From Octopus vulgaris (taxonomy: Eukaryota): 64,000 bases of DNA. Under the pieces are notes generated by a model. That model had not been told where the DNA came from. It ran no database searches and saw nothing but the letters and a program-made list of their open reading frames with translations. The position numbers were made by a program, and so were the translations under genes. The stretch lies in the NCBI GenBank assembly GCA_951406725.2, contig OX597820.1, forward strand, positions 22,010,001 through 22,074,000. The letters run 5' to 3'. Shown here in pieces: positions 1 through 11,699 of the stretch; the stretch's first letter is position 1, and each line of letters begins with the position of its first letter.

Positions 1-699
1 GCATTCTGTAAAGAAATGAAAAAAATTACGTCACAACTACACACATTGGATTTAGAATAGAAATATCCAGTGTTAATAAGTCGACTTGCGCCAAGAATAA
101 CCACACACGCACTCACATTGATATATATCTTAATAGACCTGTTGATATATAAAAAGAGGCGTCTATCTCCGTGTAGGATGTACTTACACACACGTAAATA
201 TATATATATCTTATATATGAAGCAGACCTGTTGGTATTGGAAAATTTTTATAGAAAAGAACCTGTACGTACAGATACACAAATAGAAAGGTAGAGAAGAA
301 CAAAGAAATGAAAATACCTTTAGAAATTCTTTTTTATCAGAAATCGTCACAACTGTAATGATGTACACATACGTGTGTGTGTAAATCGCTGGTTACTACG
401 TTAGAATGCCACACTCAGGAGGTTGACATTGAGAAAACGGTTTGAAGAAGTGAATCTTTATTATATATATATATAAAGCAATATTATTTATTTTTAATAA
501 GTCCGTATTATTTCCCAGGTTAAATTATTTATGTACCCCGAGTATGAAACAGATTGATCCAGAGGTTTGGCCGTGCATAGAGGACACACACACAGACAAC
601 GTATTTTATATAGTAAGATGTACAGACGATAGGCTAGTCCATCACATTAAGTGGACCTGACTGTGCAGCTAAAGTTCAAGAGTGATCATATTTTCCTTA

Positions 700-1320
700 C
701 ACGTTTATCACCTCCGACTTAGACCGATTGATCTGAAGCTCAAGAAGCTTCAGGGCTAGGATAACTTGTTGAACAGATTCAGACGGGCTACCCAGGTTCG
801 CGTCACCTAGGTATACTAGACACAGAAGGGTGAGCGAACCGACCGGGCATCGTCGTCGACAGCCAACGCAAAAAGGAGCGAGCCAAGCGGGTCACCCTAT
901 GGGACATCCGCGAAAGAAGCGATCCTGTTGTCAGGAAGCATGAGTGAGTTTGGTGTACCATAGGAGAGAGGTATGTGAGTGGGTGTAATGAGGAAGCACG
1001 TCTCTAAGATGTTGTCGTGTCTGAGGTTGAAGGCGTTCATTTTTAAATTCAGTTTCAGTAAGGTGACGAGGAAGGTGTGTGTGCTGAATGAAGTGTCCGA
1101 CTGCAGGGTCGGCAGCCTCACATCTGCACTTGACTCCCACCTCCAGCTGGACGGATCTCAGTGCCTCGCTCAAGTCATTGCTGACTGATCTGCAAGTTAG
1201 CTTAGCTGCAGGACGACGAAAGACGTTTCCTGTCGCTATATGACGGATGTCTCCGTTCTTCTTCTTCAGTGCAAAAAGGTTGGCTGAGAAGAGATCTTGG
1301 GCATGGCAGGTGTGGACCAC
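700..1320 (-). mobile_element. Degraded CRE-clade-like non-LTR retrotransposon RT fragment
   Basis: ORF 931..1320 ANLFALKKKNGDIRHIATGNVFRR...VQLEVGVKCRCEAA and overlapping LLKLNLKMNAFN resemble the CRE RT motifs (ALxKKDGGxRPIAVG; QLGVGVxGGCEA; KLDxxNAFN); frameshifted. Confidence 0.7.
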
Positions 1321-1619
1321 GGGAAGAAGTCTAAATTACGCAACAGTGCTTCTACCCTCTTGCTGTAACAGTGTCTCTATTTAATTGTTCTGTTTGACTT
1401 TTGTATTTTCAAGTTCATTCTAAACGCTTAGCTAATCTCATTTTACGACTTGAGTCACCAAACTGATGAAATAGTTTTATAAATTGAATGAAGGGCCATA
1501 CCTAAATCACATCTTTCTTCTTCCTCACTGCGAAGAAATGTCTAGATAAGCTTATAAGTCAGCCTCGTGGTCACAGCGGACAGAATGGAAAAGACGTTAC
1601 TCCTGGGTATGGTAAAGGA

Positions 1620-1835
1620 GATGCACTGGAACAGCCACTCTGATCACGGGGCTCGTACTTATGGTAACCATCTCTGCCCCGATAGCGGTGAACAGGGATG
1701 TGGTACAGGGGTCGGAAATGCCGGAGGTCTCCGCTGCCACAGGCACGACCACAAACCTGTCAGAGAGCGGTCGATACTTTTGACAGTTTGTCTTTCTCAG
1801 CTTGAAGAGCAGCGGAACCGGGGCTGGTAGCTGAA
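1620..1835 (-). mobile_element. CRE-like restriction-like endonuclease C-terminal fragment
   Basis: Hand translation of the minus strand gives GSAALQAEK..KYRPLSDRFVVVPVAAETSG and EWLFQCI, typical of the RLE tail of CRE elements. Confidence 0.6.
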
Positions 1836-2149
1836 CGCACCAGGTTGTGGAATCCTAGATGAGGGGCCTGCCACCGCGGAACGGGAGAATTGTCATACTG
1901 TCAAGCATTTTACTGAGCCCTCGGTCTATCCTGGCAGTCTCAAGCTGGAATCGGGAAGCCTGCGGCATCTGACCATGGCTAGTACTATAATAGCACGACG
2001 ATAGGTGAAGACTGAAAGAATCTGCATTGGATCCGCAGCAGCATTTGTGAGGCTCACGGATCAGGAGGCCAAGTCTCAGGGAAATACCGATACGCAGACA
2101 GTCATTATTAAGCTAAGTGCCATTTGAGAGTCGTGGCACTGCATCTCAC

Positions 2150-2415
2150 CCCTGCATTTTATATTTATATTATGCGTTTTATCATTTTTACGAAAATAGT
2201 AAGCTTTCCACCTAATCCTTTTAATAAAGGTATTGCTTTTTTGAATAAGCAGCCCCATAAATTCTTTTTTTCCGAGGCATCGGTATATTCTTCACAGGCA
2301 TTCCTTTTTTAATTTTCATAGCCAAAATAATGCAAATAATATAGAAATGATACAAATTGGGTTAGAACTTTTACCTTATATTTCAATATTTCGGGATTAG
2401 GATCTCTTCTTTAGG
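2150..2415 (-). mobile_element. Naiad-type PLE N-terminal fragment with decayed upstream hammerhead
   Basis: LIQKSNTFIKRIRWKAYYF matches the PLE N-terminal IKRMRWKA motif; decayed HHR (CUAAAGA...GAAA) at about 2380-2415. Confidence 0.6.
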
Positions 2416-2469
2416 AAAGCGCATCTATACTTTACAGTGAAAAAATTTAGCACAGAAAGGAACAAATTA

Positions 2470-3006
2470 TTGAGTTGTCCGGAAAGTTCGTGCCGATTTT
2501 TAAAGGGAAGTTAAAAAGGTCAACATTTTAAAGCAACCAAATGTGAACCATTTTGTTGCACAATGCGTCTCCATCTTTCCTTTAACTTAAAAATACCCTC
2601 TTTCCAGAATTGAGGTGGTTTCATGGCAAAGAATTCATCAAGAATTCATGGCAAAGAATTTTTACGTCATCCAAGGAATTGAAATTTTTATCATTAAGAC
2701 TATTCTACAGAGACCTGAATAAGTGGAAATCCGAAGGAGCAATATCTGGTGAATATGGAGGGTGGGGTAACACATCCCAGCCAAGCTGCAGCAATTTTTG
2801 TCTGGTTCACAAAGCATCAAGTGCCGAAAGGGAACTTTATCTTCCATTTTAAAGGGTTACAGAATTAACACAGGTTATAAGAACATAAACCTTCTTCCAT
2901 GAAAACAGCTTAAACTGTGCTCTAAATGGAGGTGTAGTCAAATCCTATTTTATGGATTCAGCCATGTTCTAAAATAAGTCGAAAGGTAAGCTACTATAAA
3001 TCGGCA
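2470..3006 (-). mobile_element. Internally deleted mariner DNA transposon
   Basis: Minus strand encodes YSPDIAPSDFHLFRSL (mariner YSPDLAPxD motif); TA then TIR ttgagttgtccggaaagttcgtgccgattt at 2470, inverse aaatcggca at 2998-3006 running into the gap. Confidence 0.8.
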
Positions 3007-3106
3007 NNNNNNNNNNNNNNNNNNNNNNNNNNNNNNNNNNNNNNNNNNNNNNNNNNNNNNNNNNNNNNNNNNNNNNNNNNNNNNNNNNNNNNNNNNNNNN
3101 NNNNNN
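3007..3106. other. Assembly gap (100 N)
   Basis: Run of N. Confidence 1.
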
Positions 3107-3169
3107 CATAAAGATTGAATCACAATTCAATTACAAGGAAGCAAAGCAAAAGAAAAATAGGTGATGTGG

Positions 3170-3760
3170 TGGGTAATGCATCCCAAAACAGATGGCGTGT
3201 TCAACCGCGTCAGGTGGATATAACCTCAGTGGCGCTGCTGCGGAGAATGGCCAGCGAAACTCGCGGCCACCCCACCTCGCTTATTTCTCAGAAGGGTCGC
3301 CGTTATCTCTATTTTGCGAAGGAAATTGACAGTGCAGAGTCCGAGAACACTTGATATCTGGACGACAACAGGCACAAATTGATAGCGACCAATCAGGTTC
3401 CTATATTCTTCTCTGCGTTACGGGCGGTAATACCCGAGTACGCGGCCGATAGCACAAGAGTGGAGCTGGAGAATGTGTCCCTTTACGTTGCGTCCCAGAT
3501 TCGGGGTCTGCCTTCCTCGTTTGAGAAGAGGGTTATTCTGTCGAGACACTTGTCCTCGCAGTCGAAACCTACAGGCTTCAATTGAGATGGAAACCATCCG
3601 CATCGAGGCCTTTTCTAGTTATGTTGTTCAGAGCGGCGTGTCAGAACCAACTCGCTCTATGGCTACGGGATAATGAATGCAGACTGAATTCATCGACTAC
3701 CGCTCCATAATGGCATTTGTGCGGCTCATACATGCGGAGACCGAGGTGCTGAGGTACTCC
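3170..3760. mobile_element. Scrambled CRE-like C-terminal fragments
   Basis: Minus RVSLAILRSSA...SVLGC; plus KPTGFN*DGNHP (EPTGLxRxDGKRPD-like); 3' motif agactgaa...gcatttgtg.ggctca shared with 2010-2056. Confidence 0.4.
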
Positions 3761-4143
3761 GATATAAGTGCACGGCTTCATATATTTAATAGTTGAGCAC
3801 TTGATAGTGGAATGAGTAATTCATTGTTCTCCTAGTGGCTAAATGTGGACAAGGTGTGGTGTTTGTTTTCTTTATTCTTTAAGATGGATTTATGTTGAAG
3901 GAAACAAGATTTTAAACCAATATCTACTATTTCCATAAGATATATCTGTTTTTGCGGTACTCATCTGTGGTGTTACCTCTGTTGTGTGGATAATTGCTTT
4001 TGATAAGTACTAGGTCATAACCATCGCTACACTGCCGGTAAAAACACGTACCTTGAAAAGTTTTTCAAATTCAAAGGTTTTTAAAGTCTGTGTTGCGTTA
4101 TCTATAGACACAAACACCACACACATATAAACAACCCCAAAAA

Positions 4144-4196
<53 letters not shown>

Positions 4197-4283
4197 TTAG
4201 AGACAAAACCACTATTTTGCAAATCAAACAAGGAAAGACTTAATCAATACATAAAAAAATTTTAATATAAAGTAAATAAATCG

Positions 4284-4327
4284 CCACTACAATTGTTTCT
4301 TGTCTTCGATTGACATTCATCAGGTGG
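4284..4327 (-). ncRNA. Minimal type I hammerhead ribozyme
   Basis: Minus strand: ccac CUGAUGA augucaaucgaagacaa GAAA caauug UA gugg; stem I ccac/gugg, stem II uguc/gaca, palindromic stem III, GUA site. Confidence 0.85.
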
Positions 4328-4640
4328 ATTTCATATCTAAAAATATCAATATTTTAAAAATAAATTTAAAATGGCTAAAACTATAAATAATATAAATTTA
4401 TCAATGAAAAAATATAAAAATATATAATCTATATATAATCTATATATAATCTATATCTAATATAATCAAGAACTAAAATAACCTCTATAAACAATTGAAT
4501 ATAAAGAAACTTATTATTAAAGTTCTCATATTTATATATATTATATTAAATTAGAGACAAACCGCTATTATGCAAATCAAACAAAGAAAGACTTAAGCCA
4601 ATACATAAAATAATTTATATAAATTAAATTTAATTAAAAT

Positions 4641-4694
4641 AACCACTACGATAGTTTCGTGTCAGCACTTCTATGAGACATTCTTCAGGTGGTT
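4641..4694 (-). ncRNA. Minimal type I hammerhead ribozyme
   Basis: aaccac CUGAAGA auguc...gacac GAAA cuaucg UA gugguu. Confidence 0.8.
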
Positions 4695-4917
4695 TCAAAA
4701 CCTTCTTTGCAAGTTTTAAACTATGAACATAAAAGTAAATAAATGGCACAACGAAGCACCGATATTTACTGGAAAATAGCGAACGTAATAAATACGACGC
4801 TAATGTATAGCTTCACTGCGTATGTACTAGTAAAGATGCGTGTGTGCAACAAACATGAAAAAAATTGTCTTACCTCTAGGAAGAACATCTGAAAGATGAA
4901 AAACCTAGAAACGGATA

Positions 4918-4990
4918 ATGCAGTACCGGTTTCAGATTCTTCAAAATACGTTTGCCAAACGTATATTTGATTTATCTTCATCAGCTACAT
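4918..4990 (-). ncRNA. Type I hammerhead ribozyme with long stem II
   Basis: auguag CUGAUGA agau...aucu GAAA ccgg UA cugcau; paralog at 26858-26928 shows a compensatory change. Confidence 0.9.
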
Positions 4991-5072
4991 ATACCTCGAC
5001 AATATTTCAAATGTTGCCACATCTATGCCAGTACACTCGTCTGAACGCCAAAACGTTAACAGAACGAGAACA

Positions 5073-5128
<56 letters not shown>

Positions 5129-5215
5129 TATTAGAGACAAAACCACTATTTTGCAAAACAAACAAGGAAAGACTTAATCAATACATAAAATTTTAATAAA
5201 TAGTCAAAAAAACCG

Positions 5216-5258
5216 CCACTACAATCGTTTCTTGTCTTGATCGACAATCTTCAGGTGG
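5216..5258 (-). ncRNA. Minimal type I hammerhead ribozyme
   Basis: ccac CUGAAGA uugucgaucaagacaa GAAA cgauug UA gugg. Confidence 0.85.
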
Positions 5259-5353
5259 ACTTAGAGACAAAACCACTATTATGCAAATAAAACAAAGAAA
5301 GACTTAATCCAATACATAAAAAATTTTATATAAATTAAATATAATTAAGATAT

Positions 5354-5399
5354 CCACTACGATCGTTTCTTGTCACTTCTATGGACATTCATCAGGTGG
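5354..5399 (-). ncRNA. Minimal type I hammerhead ribozyme
   Basis: ccac CUGAUGA auguc...gacaa GAAA cgaucg UA gugg. Confidence 0.85.
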
Positions 5400-5999
5400 T
5401 TTCAAGACCTTCTTTGCAAGTTAATAGTTAGGAATATAATAGTTCCAAACCAGCAGGGAAAAATTCAATTATTTCTTAGTAATATCTCCCTAAATTCATT
5501 TGTACAAAGTAAACAAAAATTACCTATTCGATAACATTTAGTTTTATAAACTATCTCCCATTTTAAATTATGCTTAATTCTCTTAGATTTTAATTCCCAT
5601 AAATACTTGCTACGTCCTGTGGAATTAATCAGTGTTTTATTCTTAAATGAATGCATGGGCTGCGTCACCCTTAATTTAATTTTACTAGCCGTCGACCCCA
5701 CGTAAACCGAATTTATATTATAACTATTCCTATTAATATTATCATCTATCAAAGTCACGACACATTTATATACTACATCTGACAAGTTATATGTATTGTT
5801 AAAATTACATTTCGTCCTATCTCTACATGTACAATTAATTAAATTCTGGTCGTTAATATTATTGGAATTATTATGTAATTTTTTAATATAAAACTTATTC
5901 AGCTTAAACCTATTATATATATTTTCTTAAAGTCTGTATTGCATCAAGTTGACAGACTTTCACTTAAAATCCCTGCGTTTTTAATCAAAACACGTTAGT

Positions 6000-6700
6000 T
6001 ACTACGGTGACAACACTACCTGTCAACCTATCTTTCACACATTCAAAATCTCGCTCGCTGTATTTCTCCCCCAGCAACAACTTTTTCTCCTCCCCTTCTT
6101 CTAAATATATGTAGTGGTATAAAATCACATTGCGACTCATAGGACAGATAATATAACGAAGAAGCCTCTTTACACTCAATAGACATGCAGCCAATATTTT
6201 ACTGAAATTTGATAAACTTGGTTGTCCTGTATTTTTCGGCACACCACTTTTTTCACCATAATTTCACTTCTTCCATGCTTCATAGCTTTTGAAATACACT
6301 CAAGAGTGGAACCTCTGACCGTTTCTCTGATAGTAACGTTCTGGAGTATAACTATAAAGCTCAAATCTTGCTTCGTTTCCCCAGGCAGCTTTCTGAAAGT
6401 AATATAAACCATAATTACCCTACTCGCCCAACAAGGGCAATCTGTGCTTAATGTCTTTTTGCTTAACAGACACTTTCTAGCACAAGTTTTAAAGTTAAGA
6501 GCATCATCTTTCAACCTTCTAGTAATTAATGGTCTCTTTGAAAACAGTTTATTTTCAGCTGTTCCACACTCTCTTGATTGTTGCTATAAGCTTTTTTCAT
6601 TATTTTCTGAAGAACTAAGAAATTTCTGGGATTTTTTGCCATCAGCACTTTTAGTAGTTCGAAGCCTGTTGTAGACTTCTCATCGGGCAGTAGAACTAAT
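6000..6700 (-). mobile_element. Possible decayed LINE ORF1 fragment
   Basis: Broken ORFs 6176..6514 and 5985..6242 with coding-like composition; no decisive motif. Confidence 0.25.
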
Positions 6701-6807
6701 TGTTGGCATATTTTCAGTAGCTTGTGAATATCAGAATATATTATACCTGTTCTATATCACGAAAAAGTAATAGAAAGTACAAAGTGATATTGCTGTGGGA
6801 AGAGAAG

Positions 6808-7530
6808 TTTCTAACGTTTCGGACAGAATCCTTCTTCAGAGTAAAGGTGATGGGGGAAGAAAGGCAAGGCAGAATCGCTTTACATCCTTTATACTAAAGC
6901 GACTGAAGCATCTCATAGGGAACGGGAACCCCAAACAACGTGAAAACACTAACCTAAACAAAGACTTGTAGCAGAAGAAACTTCATGAGAGAGAGAGAAG
7001 TTGGGAGGGAGAGAAATGAAAATAGAGAAGCAGGGTGAGCGTGAGGAAGTGAAAGAATAGAAGTCCGTTTAAACTCATTGTTGTCAGGGTTTCAAGTTTG
7101 AATATGATTGTTACTCTTTATGATTCTTTAAGAAGTCAGATCTACAGCGTGCAGAGCTACCGGACACCGATAAATGGGTAATGGAGAGGCCCATTTCATT
7201 TAGGTAGGTGGTGACAGGTTAGTCTAACATATGTAGAGAAATATTAAGAATGTATTCGTGAAAGAGATTGATAAGGTAACACCCTGTTTCACCAAAGTGA
7301 AGTGCACTATAAAGTTTGCAGATGATGCAGTATATGGTAAAGTTGTTGATGTAGGAACAGTTGTTACATCTGAAAGCGGATGCACTTAAAAGTACCTGGT
7401 TGTGTATGGCTGGGTGATATATAGGTCACAACAGGTTACGGAGTTTCTTATTTTTCTTGAAGGCGACGAGAGGTGGTGAAAGCAAAAATCTGAGTGATTA
7501 CGGGAGTCAGAGACTAGGATTTAGAAAATC
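6808..7530 (-). mobile_element. PLE (Poseidon/Neptune-type) GIY-YIG 3' fragment with HHR
   Basis: Minus translation IYCIICKLYSALHFGETG (homologous to 29514..30008); HHR CUGAAGA aggauucugucc GAAA cguUA at 6808-6844. Confidence 0.7.
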
Positions 7531-8689
7531 GGATGAGTGAGATTAATTAAATTCTGGTCATTAGTATGACCTAAAAAAGTCGTATATGTGTTAGATTTCT
7601 GGTATTTATCTGTGATACTAGCAATTAATAATATATTACGCATATTCCTATCTACCTTGTGCGGACTTTAGTATTATTATTAAGAACCACACAGAAATCT
7701 TTTTGTGAAATTCAGGTGCCCAAGGTTTCCTGAACTGAATATGAAATTTATTTCGCCATTTTTCAGACTGGTAACATCAACTCTGCGTTTAATGTAAGCT
7801 AGGTTTAAATGAGGATGCGTGGCTTGATCAAGGAGAGATAATTCATTAAGCAGTATATTAAGACATTTTCATTTTTGCGAGGGACGAAAATTTTGTAAAC
7901 CCACACTGGAATGGGTTATATCTCGTGGTTTATCATTAATTCCTGCTAAAATATACTCTTTAACTGAACGAGTACTACTACTTGATAAAGTTCATACTGC
8001 ACGGACATTTGATGTATATTTAAGCAATTTTTCAGACTATATTCATGTTAAATTATTTAAATACTAGGACGCTGGACTGTGAGAAACTGAGCAAAAATGA
8101 GAAGTAAAAACGCGAAGTAGATTGATGTGTTTATATAACAGGTAAAATAATGTTATTAAACCCAGGCAGATACCTAGAAATCACTCAGGTGGTTTAATTA
8201 AGTGAACTTGATTAATTAGCTACATCAAACAATCAGATACCAATAAATTCAAGTAGAATACATATTCATGGTAATTCTTCGTGTATGATAATCAAATCCA
8301 AATATCGCTGAGAAGAATTTCAAGAAATCCAGTGTATATAACAAGAATTTTTCATCATAATGATTATCGGCGATCGTTTCTATAGCGCCAGGATATTTAG
8401 ATACAGAAAACAAGATACAAAATGCCAGATTCTCCAATATATCTGTAAATTTATGCTAACACAATGTTATTAAGGTAACCCAAAGCAAATTCAAAGTGAA
8501 GTGAATTCTAAGCGAACTGAAATATCCATAATATACGAATGAAACGTTACAAAAGAAACGTTAAGTAGAAATATAATATTCTAAGAAAAGCCAGTTTAGA
8601 ATTCACGAATGAGAAATTATGTCGCATAATCAATTCAAGCCATTGATAGGTTTATCAACCTTCTTCGGCAGTTCCTAAGAATTACCTTA

Positions 8690-9260
8690 TAAAACAGTAA
8701 CTAATCCTTTGTTCCTTGTGATCCCTTCCTGCAGTCTTTCCGTTCATCCGCTAGGGGTTCATTTCTTCCAGGATGATCTTACAATTTCTTATTTTCCCAC
8801 TTAGAAGCTTCCACAACGTAGGCAAACAAGCAATCAGACGACAGTTGCTGGTCTCAGCACCCTAAGATGTATCCTTTTGAGTCAACACTGTTCTTCTTTT
8901 GGATATCTATTCCAGTATAATTCCCTCGTGTACACACAGCCTTGTAAGAGTTTTTTGTAGTTTAGGATGTAAAATCCGTGAAAACCGGGAAGCAAAACCC
9001 TTGAACTAGGTCCAGGCCAGCCGCCTTCCAATTTCTCATCTTACTATCTCCGGTTTGGATATCTTTCAACGTAATGACAATGTCCTCCTGTATCATCATG
9101 TCTTCGAATTCTTCCACTTCATGGGGCTGTTGTTCCCTCTTGTTGAGCTTCACATTCTCTGACCAGATCTTGCTCCAAAACGAAATTGCTTCTTTGGGAT
9201 CAAGTAACTCTGCTTCTTCCTTATCCCCTCCATCAGTCTCGTAGAGCAAATTCTGATTTG
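8690..9260 (-). mobile_element. R4/Dong-like non-LTR RT fragment
   Basis: FWSKIW...MRNWKAAGLDLVQGF matches the R4 WKAPGPDxxQGF motif; downstream sequence degenerate. Confidence 0.65.
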
Positions 9261-9479
9261 TTTAAACTGTAGACATCTTCCCTCGTATTTTTTTAATCTT
9301 AACTGCATTAGCAGTTATTGCCGTTATTAATAGTATTAATAAGGTGGCTAGCAAGTTCTCACCGTTACAGGCACAATATAAGGTAAATTTAGATTCAGTA
9401 AGGTATATAATACCACTTGCTAAATTCAGAGCCAATGCTCCAAAACTCACCATGAACTCACGATAAATATTTCTCATAT

Positions 9480-10220
9480 ATTCACTGCAGTGAATATATG
9501 AGAAATAGGTTCACCTTTGCGTTGAATACATCCGTAAGTAATGCATATTTCAATATCAATTGATTTCACGCTTTGCATGGCAAACATACTCTGCGAAAAT
9601 AATATTTTAAGATTTGAGGAGGATTGCTGAGAATCCATCAGGGCCAGCAGTTGAGTTTGCATCCACCTCATCTATAGCTAATATTATATCTTCTTCACCA
9701 ATGTCGAGGTAATCCATCGTAACCGCCTGGCTGGTTATAGGTGAGGCGGCAAAGAAATCCACTGGTTCGTTCACTTGTCTGTGTTCCAACAGAGTAGTAA
9801 AAACAATTTTGAACTTGTCATTCAGTACCTCACTGATATTGGTTGGGTTATCTATGAGGGAGCCATCCTTTTGGAAGAGGGGTCATATTTTCAACGTACT
9901 GAAGCTGTTTCTTTGGCATTATTAAAGAAGGCCTTTGGGTTTGACTTGAAATTATTTTTATAACCCTGGCTTCTTTGTTTGCTGCTTCTTTCATAGAAGA
10001 TTGTTGCATTCATTTTTCTGTCTCCATCAGTGTTGTTTTAAGGTTTTAAGACGGGACCTTTCACTACTTTTGAGATGTTGGTTGAAGCGATTTGCAACCC
10101 TTGTCCATTGTCTCATGAAGATCTTCTTCTCCCTTGGAATCATGTTCCTTTATCTGTTGGGCTTGTGCTCTGGGACATATTTCTGTGTGTGTGTTGAAAG
10201 GCTAAACAATGCAAATAGAT
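9480..10220 (-). mobile_element. CR1/L2-like LINE fragment (pre-RT region)
   Basis: AIDEVDANSTAGPDGFSAILLK and minus KSNPKAFF motifs. Confidence 0.6.
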
Positions 10221-10279
10221 TTTAAGATGAGGCAATGTAAATTAAAAGTTACCTGGTAATCTTTGTTCTTATGTGTATC

Positions 10280-10732
10280 CAATATCTCGAGACATACAAG
10301 TACCTTCTTCAGGGTTAAAAAGGAACTATCCTTGGTTAGATGTTTCTTGTCGGAGACAAAATAATTTTATGATAATTTTATGATTATATTTGAATTTTCA
10401 AGCGTTTCTCTTCTTCGTGAATGTAAGTGACGTCAATTATTAACTTATCATTCAACAAATCAATTTTCATTACTTCTTTTCTAATATGTAGCAAATGTGC
10501 CTCTGTGTATATGTCATGTTATGTATTGCGTGCCCAGCAATAATCTATTACTTATTTGTGAGTTTAATTTATAGATAATCAAAGCTTCTTTAATTCTTAA
10601 GTTGCCGAGATTTCTATCATTGGCTTCAATAGTAACTTTAATTTGTTTGTTGGGAGGAGTTTTACATTTATCAATGTGCTTTTTGAATGAGGATGCGCGT
10701 GTATTGAGATGTTCCTTAATGCGAGTATGCAT
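10280..10732 (-). mobile_element. PLE GIY-YIG C-terminal fragment
   Basis: HTRIKEH...LRIKEALII..LN; decayed HHR at about 10283-10315. Confidence 0.7.
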
Positions 10733-10734
10733 TA

Positions 10735-10796
10735 TTCCCTATTGCAATTTCGGTGTTAGGGACCACTAAAGAGACCCATTCGCCTCGTCAGGGAAA
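10735..10796 (-). ncRNA. Type I hammerhead ribozyme
   Basis: uuucc CUGACGA ggcg...cacc GAAA uugcaa UA gggaa; palindromic stem III auugcaau. Confidence 0.75.
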
Positions 10797-11665
10797 ATAT
10801 TCCTATATATAGAAATCAAACAAGACTTTACCTTGGGGCTAGCATGAATCCCGACCGGCTATAGAAATGTTTTCACCTCTATCTGCACAATCGAGCTTTG
10901 AATTCAAATGCCATGCACTGCGTTTATGTGAAAAGACCGGTAATCTCGAGCCACGGCAATATCACCGGATGTGAGTTAGGAAAACATAAATAAGTAAAGA
11001 GTAATGTAAAAACATTACGAAGGATATGAAGAGTTTAGGACAATCAGTAAGTTGTCATTATAGTACTCAGAGTTCCAAATACCGGAGGGCAGAGCTATGA
11101 GGCATTCTCGTCGGATATTAATGGCAACAGACGCTATGAAAAATCGTTGAATAAAAGAGAAGTTACTCTAATAGGTAGAAAATATATATATAAATAAAAA
11201 ATGTTAAGATATATGGAACGCTTGTGCTGGAACATAGTAAAAATGCGGATTCTATCTGTGATCTTGGGGGAGCCAAAACCGTAACAGGTATTTTGTTATA
11301 TATGAGCATGTTCCAAAAAGTTCAGTTCTTGAATTTAGACATGAAACGGGGTCCAAGGAACTTTTACAGATGAGCCATCTTTCCATATTACAAAGACCGC
11401 ACTTGCCACGACCGTTGGTATAAGGTTTACACTTGGCCAAGATCTTCCAGTAAATCCTATAGCTGACACCTTGTTCTTTTAAGAACCATATATGACTGTA
11501 TAATTTGGTGGTTTTTCTTTTAACCCAGTGTCTGAAGCTTAAGGTGTGATTGTTGAACCTTGCTTTGAAATTTCCCTCTGTGAGACCCACATATCTCTTT
11601 GACAAAACTGTGTTATTAGCGTCCGTAGAATTTACGGTGGCTTCATAAATAATGGCCTCGATCAT
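10735..11665 (-). mobile_element. Naiad-type PLE 3' end (GIY-YIG plus two-HHR UTR)
   Basis: ORF 11252..11665 IIYEATV...YVGLTEGNFKARFNNH...HIWFLK...CGLC; UTR paralog at 21330-21675. Confidence 0.85.
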
Positions 11666-11699
11666 ACCAAGGAAAGATATGCTGGCAGAACCAGATCCA

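Larger units (their letters stand above)
4190..5075 (-). mobile_element. Non-coding Naiad-derived element with three hammerheads, between two (TA)n tracts
   Basis: Repeated terminus ttagagacaaa(a)cc(a/g)ctat at 4197 and 4551; body 4730-5075 repeated at 26665-27010; (TA)n at 4148-4189 and 5076-5122. Confidence 0.75.
5131..5870 (-). mobile_element. Naiad-type PLE 3' end (GIY-YIG C-terminus plus HHR-bearing UTR)
   Basis: ORF 5465..5785 VVYKCVV...YVGST...SKYLWELK...WEIV...CLLC; two HHRs downstream; terminus abuts (TA)n. Confidence 0.8.

Noticed and set aside
4190-5410. Repeat-spacer appearance resembling a CRISPR array
   Set aside because: Eukaryotic context, irregular long spacing, no cas genes; the repeats are HHR-bearing PLE termini
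10830-10862. GCCGGUC...AGCCC resemblance to twister ribozyme
   Set aside because: Could not form twister P4 or the pseudoknots
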